Both the position numbers and the translations under genes were made by a program. Shown here one piece after another: positions 63,922 to 64,000 of a stretch of 64,000 nucleotides of DNA. Origin of the DNA: a virus. Every line of letters begins with the position of its first letter. The first letter of the stretch is position 1. The DNA lies in IMG/VR virus record IMGVR_UViG_3300045988_159911. One strand, given 5' to 3'. The notes under the pieces are model-generated. The model did not search any database and was not told the DNA's origin. It worked only from the letters and a program-made list of their open reading frames with translations.

Positions 63922-64000
63922 CGTTTCGGTTGCCCCATATACACGCACACGGCTGTATGTCACCCTGTGCGGTGTGGCTGTCCGTTTCGGTTGCCCCATA
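63922..64000. repeat. Direct repeat, two copies of the 18-mer CGTTTCGGTTGCCCCATA about 60 bp apart at the window edge
   Basis: Copies at 63922-63939 and 63983-64000, in a noncoding region. Confidence 0.4.

Noticed and set aside
43917-64000. CRISPR array
   Set aside because: The repeated motifs are few (2-5 copies), irregularly spaced by kilobases, and sit between different genes. There is no repeat-spacer periodicity anywhere in the window.

Overview
This window reads as phage or prophage DNA from a Gram-positive (Firmicutes-type) host. Gene content, strong GGAGG-type ribosome-binding sites and the near-total placement of coding sequences on the minus strand support that reading. The only convincing plus-strand gene is a CI/LexA-like S24 repressor (22608..23402) with palindromic operators. 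All functional assignments below come from reading motifs in the six-frame translations; no database search was run.

Recognisable modules, in order:
- Nucleotide metabolism and DNA modification: partial FolD; anaerobic ribonucleotide reductase NrdD with an NrdG-like activase and a glutaredoxin-like NrdH; PhoH; a ClpP-like protease; a 5'(3')-deoxyribonucleotidase; C5-cytosine and MT-A70 (DPPW) N6-adenine DNA methyltransferases; a dNMP kinase-like protein; a divergent ThyX-like protein.
- Replication and recombination: Pol III alpha (DnaE), a DnaG-like primase, a DnaB-like helicase, a Cas4-like PD-(D/E)xK exonuclease, an SSB-like protein and an ERF-family annealing protein.
- Switch region: a MazF/EndoA-type toxin driven by its own consensus sigma-70 promoter, a possible divergent recombinase, and the repressor.
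- Accessory block: a NifS-type cysteine desulfurase, a radical SAM enzyme, many small Cys-rich proteins, and a translationally coupled RNA-repair operon (pol-beta nucleotidyltransferase, CCA-adding enzyme, Thg1-like guanylyltransferase) followed by an HNH-AP2 homing endonuclease.
- tRNA cluster: Leu-CAG, Ser-GCT, Thr-TGT, Ala-TGC and Ser-TGA, plus two aberrant tRNA-like genes.
- Late part of the window: a flotillin/SPFH protein, a metallophosphoesterase, an SLT lytic transglycosylase, a retron-type (QGxxxSP/YADD) reverse transcriptase, and an E1-like (ThiF) plus JAB/MPN pair.

The most unusual structure is in two repeat families. The first is three paralogous structured intergenic elements of about 330 nt, each bounded by perfect 9-12-bp inverted repeats and sharing a covarying hairpin with a conserved loop; one sits directly upstream of the reverse transcriptase. 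The second is a four-copy motif of about 55 nt with a covarying hairpin. A three-member protein family with a conserved N-terminal RRGVFETNSSSTHS motif is encoded next to the Fe-S enzymes. No CRISPR array, capsid or terminase genes are visible in this window.
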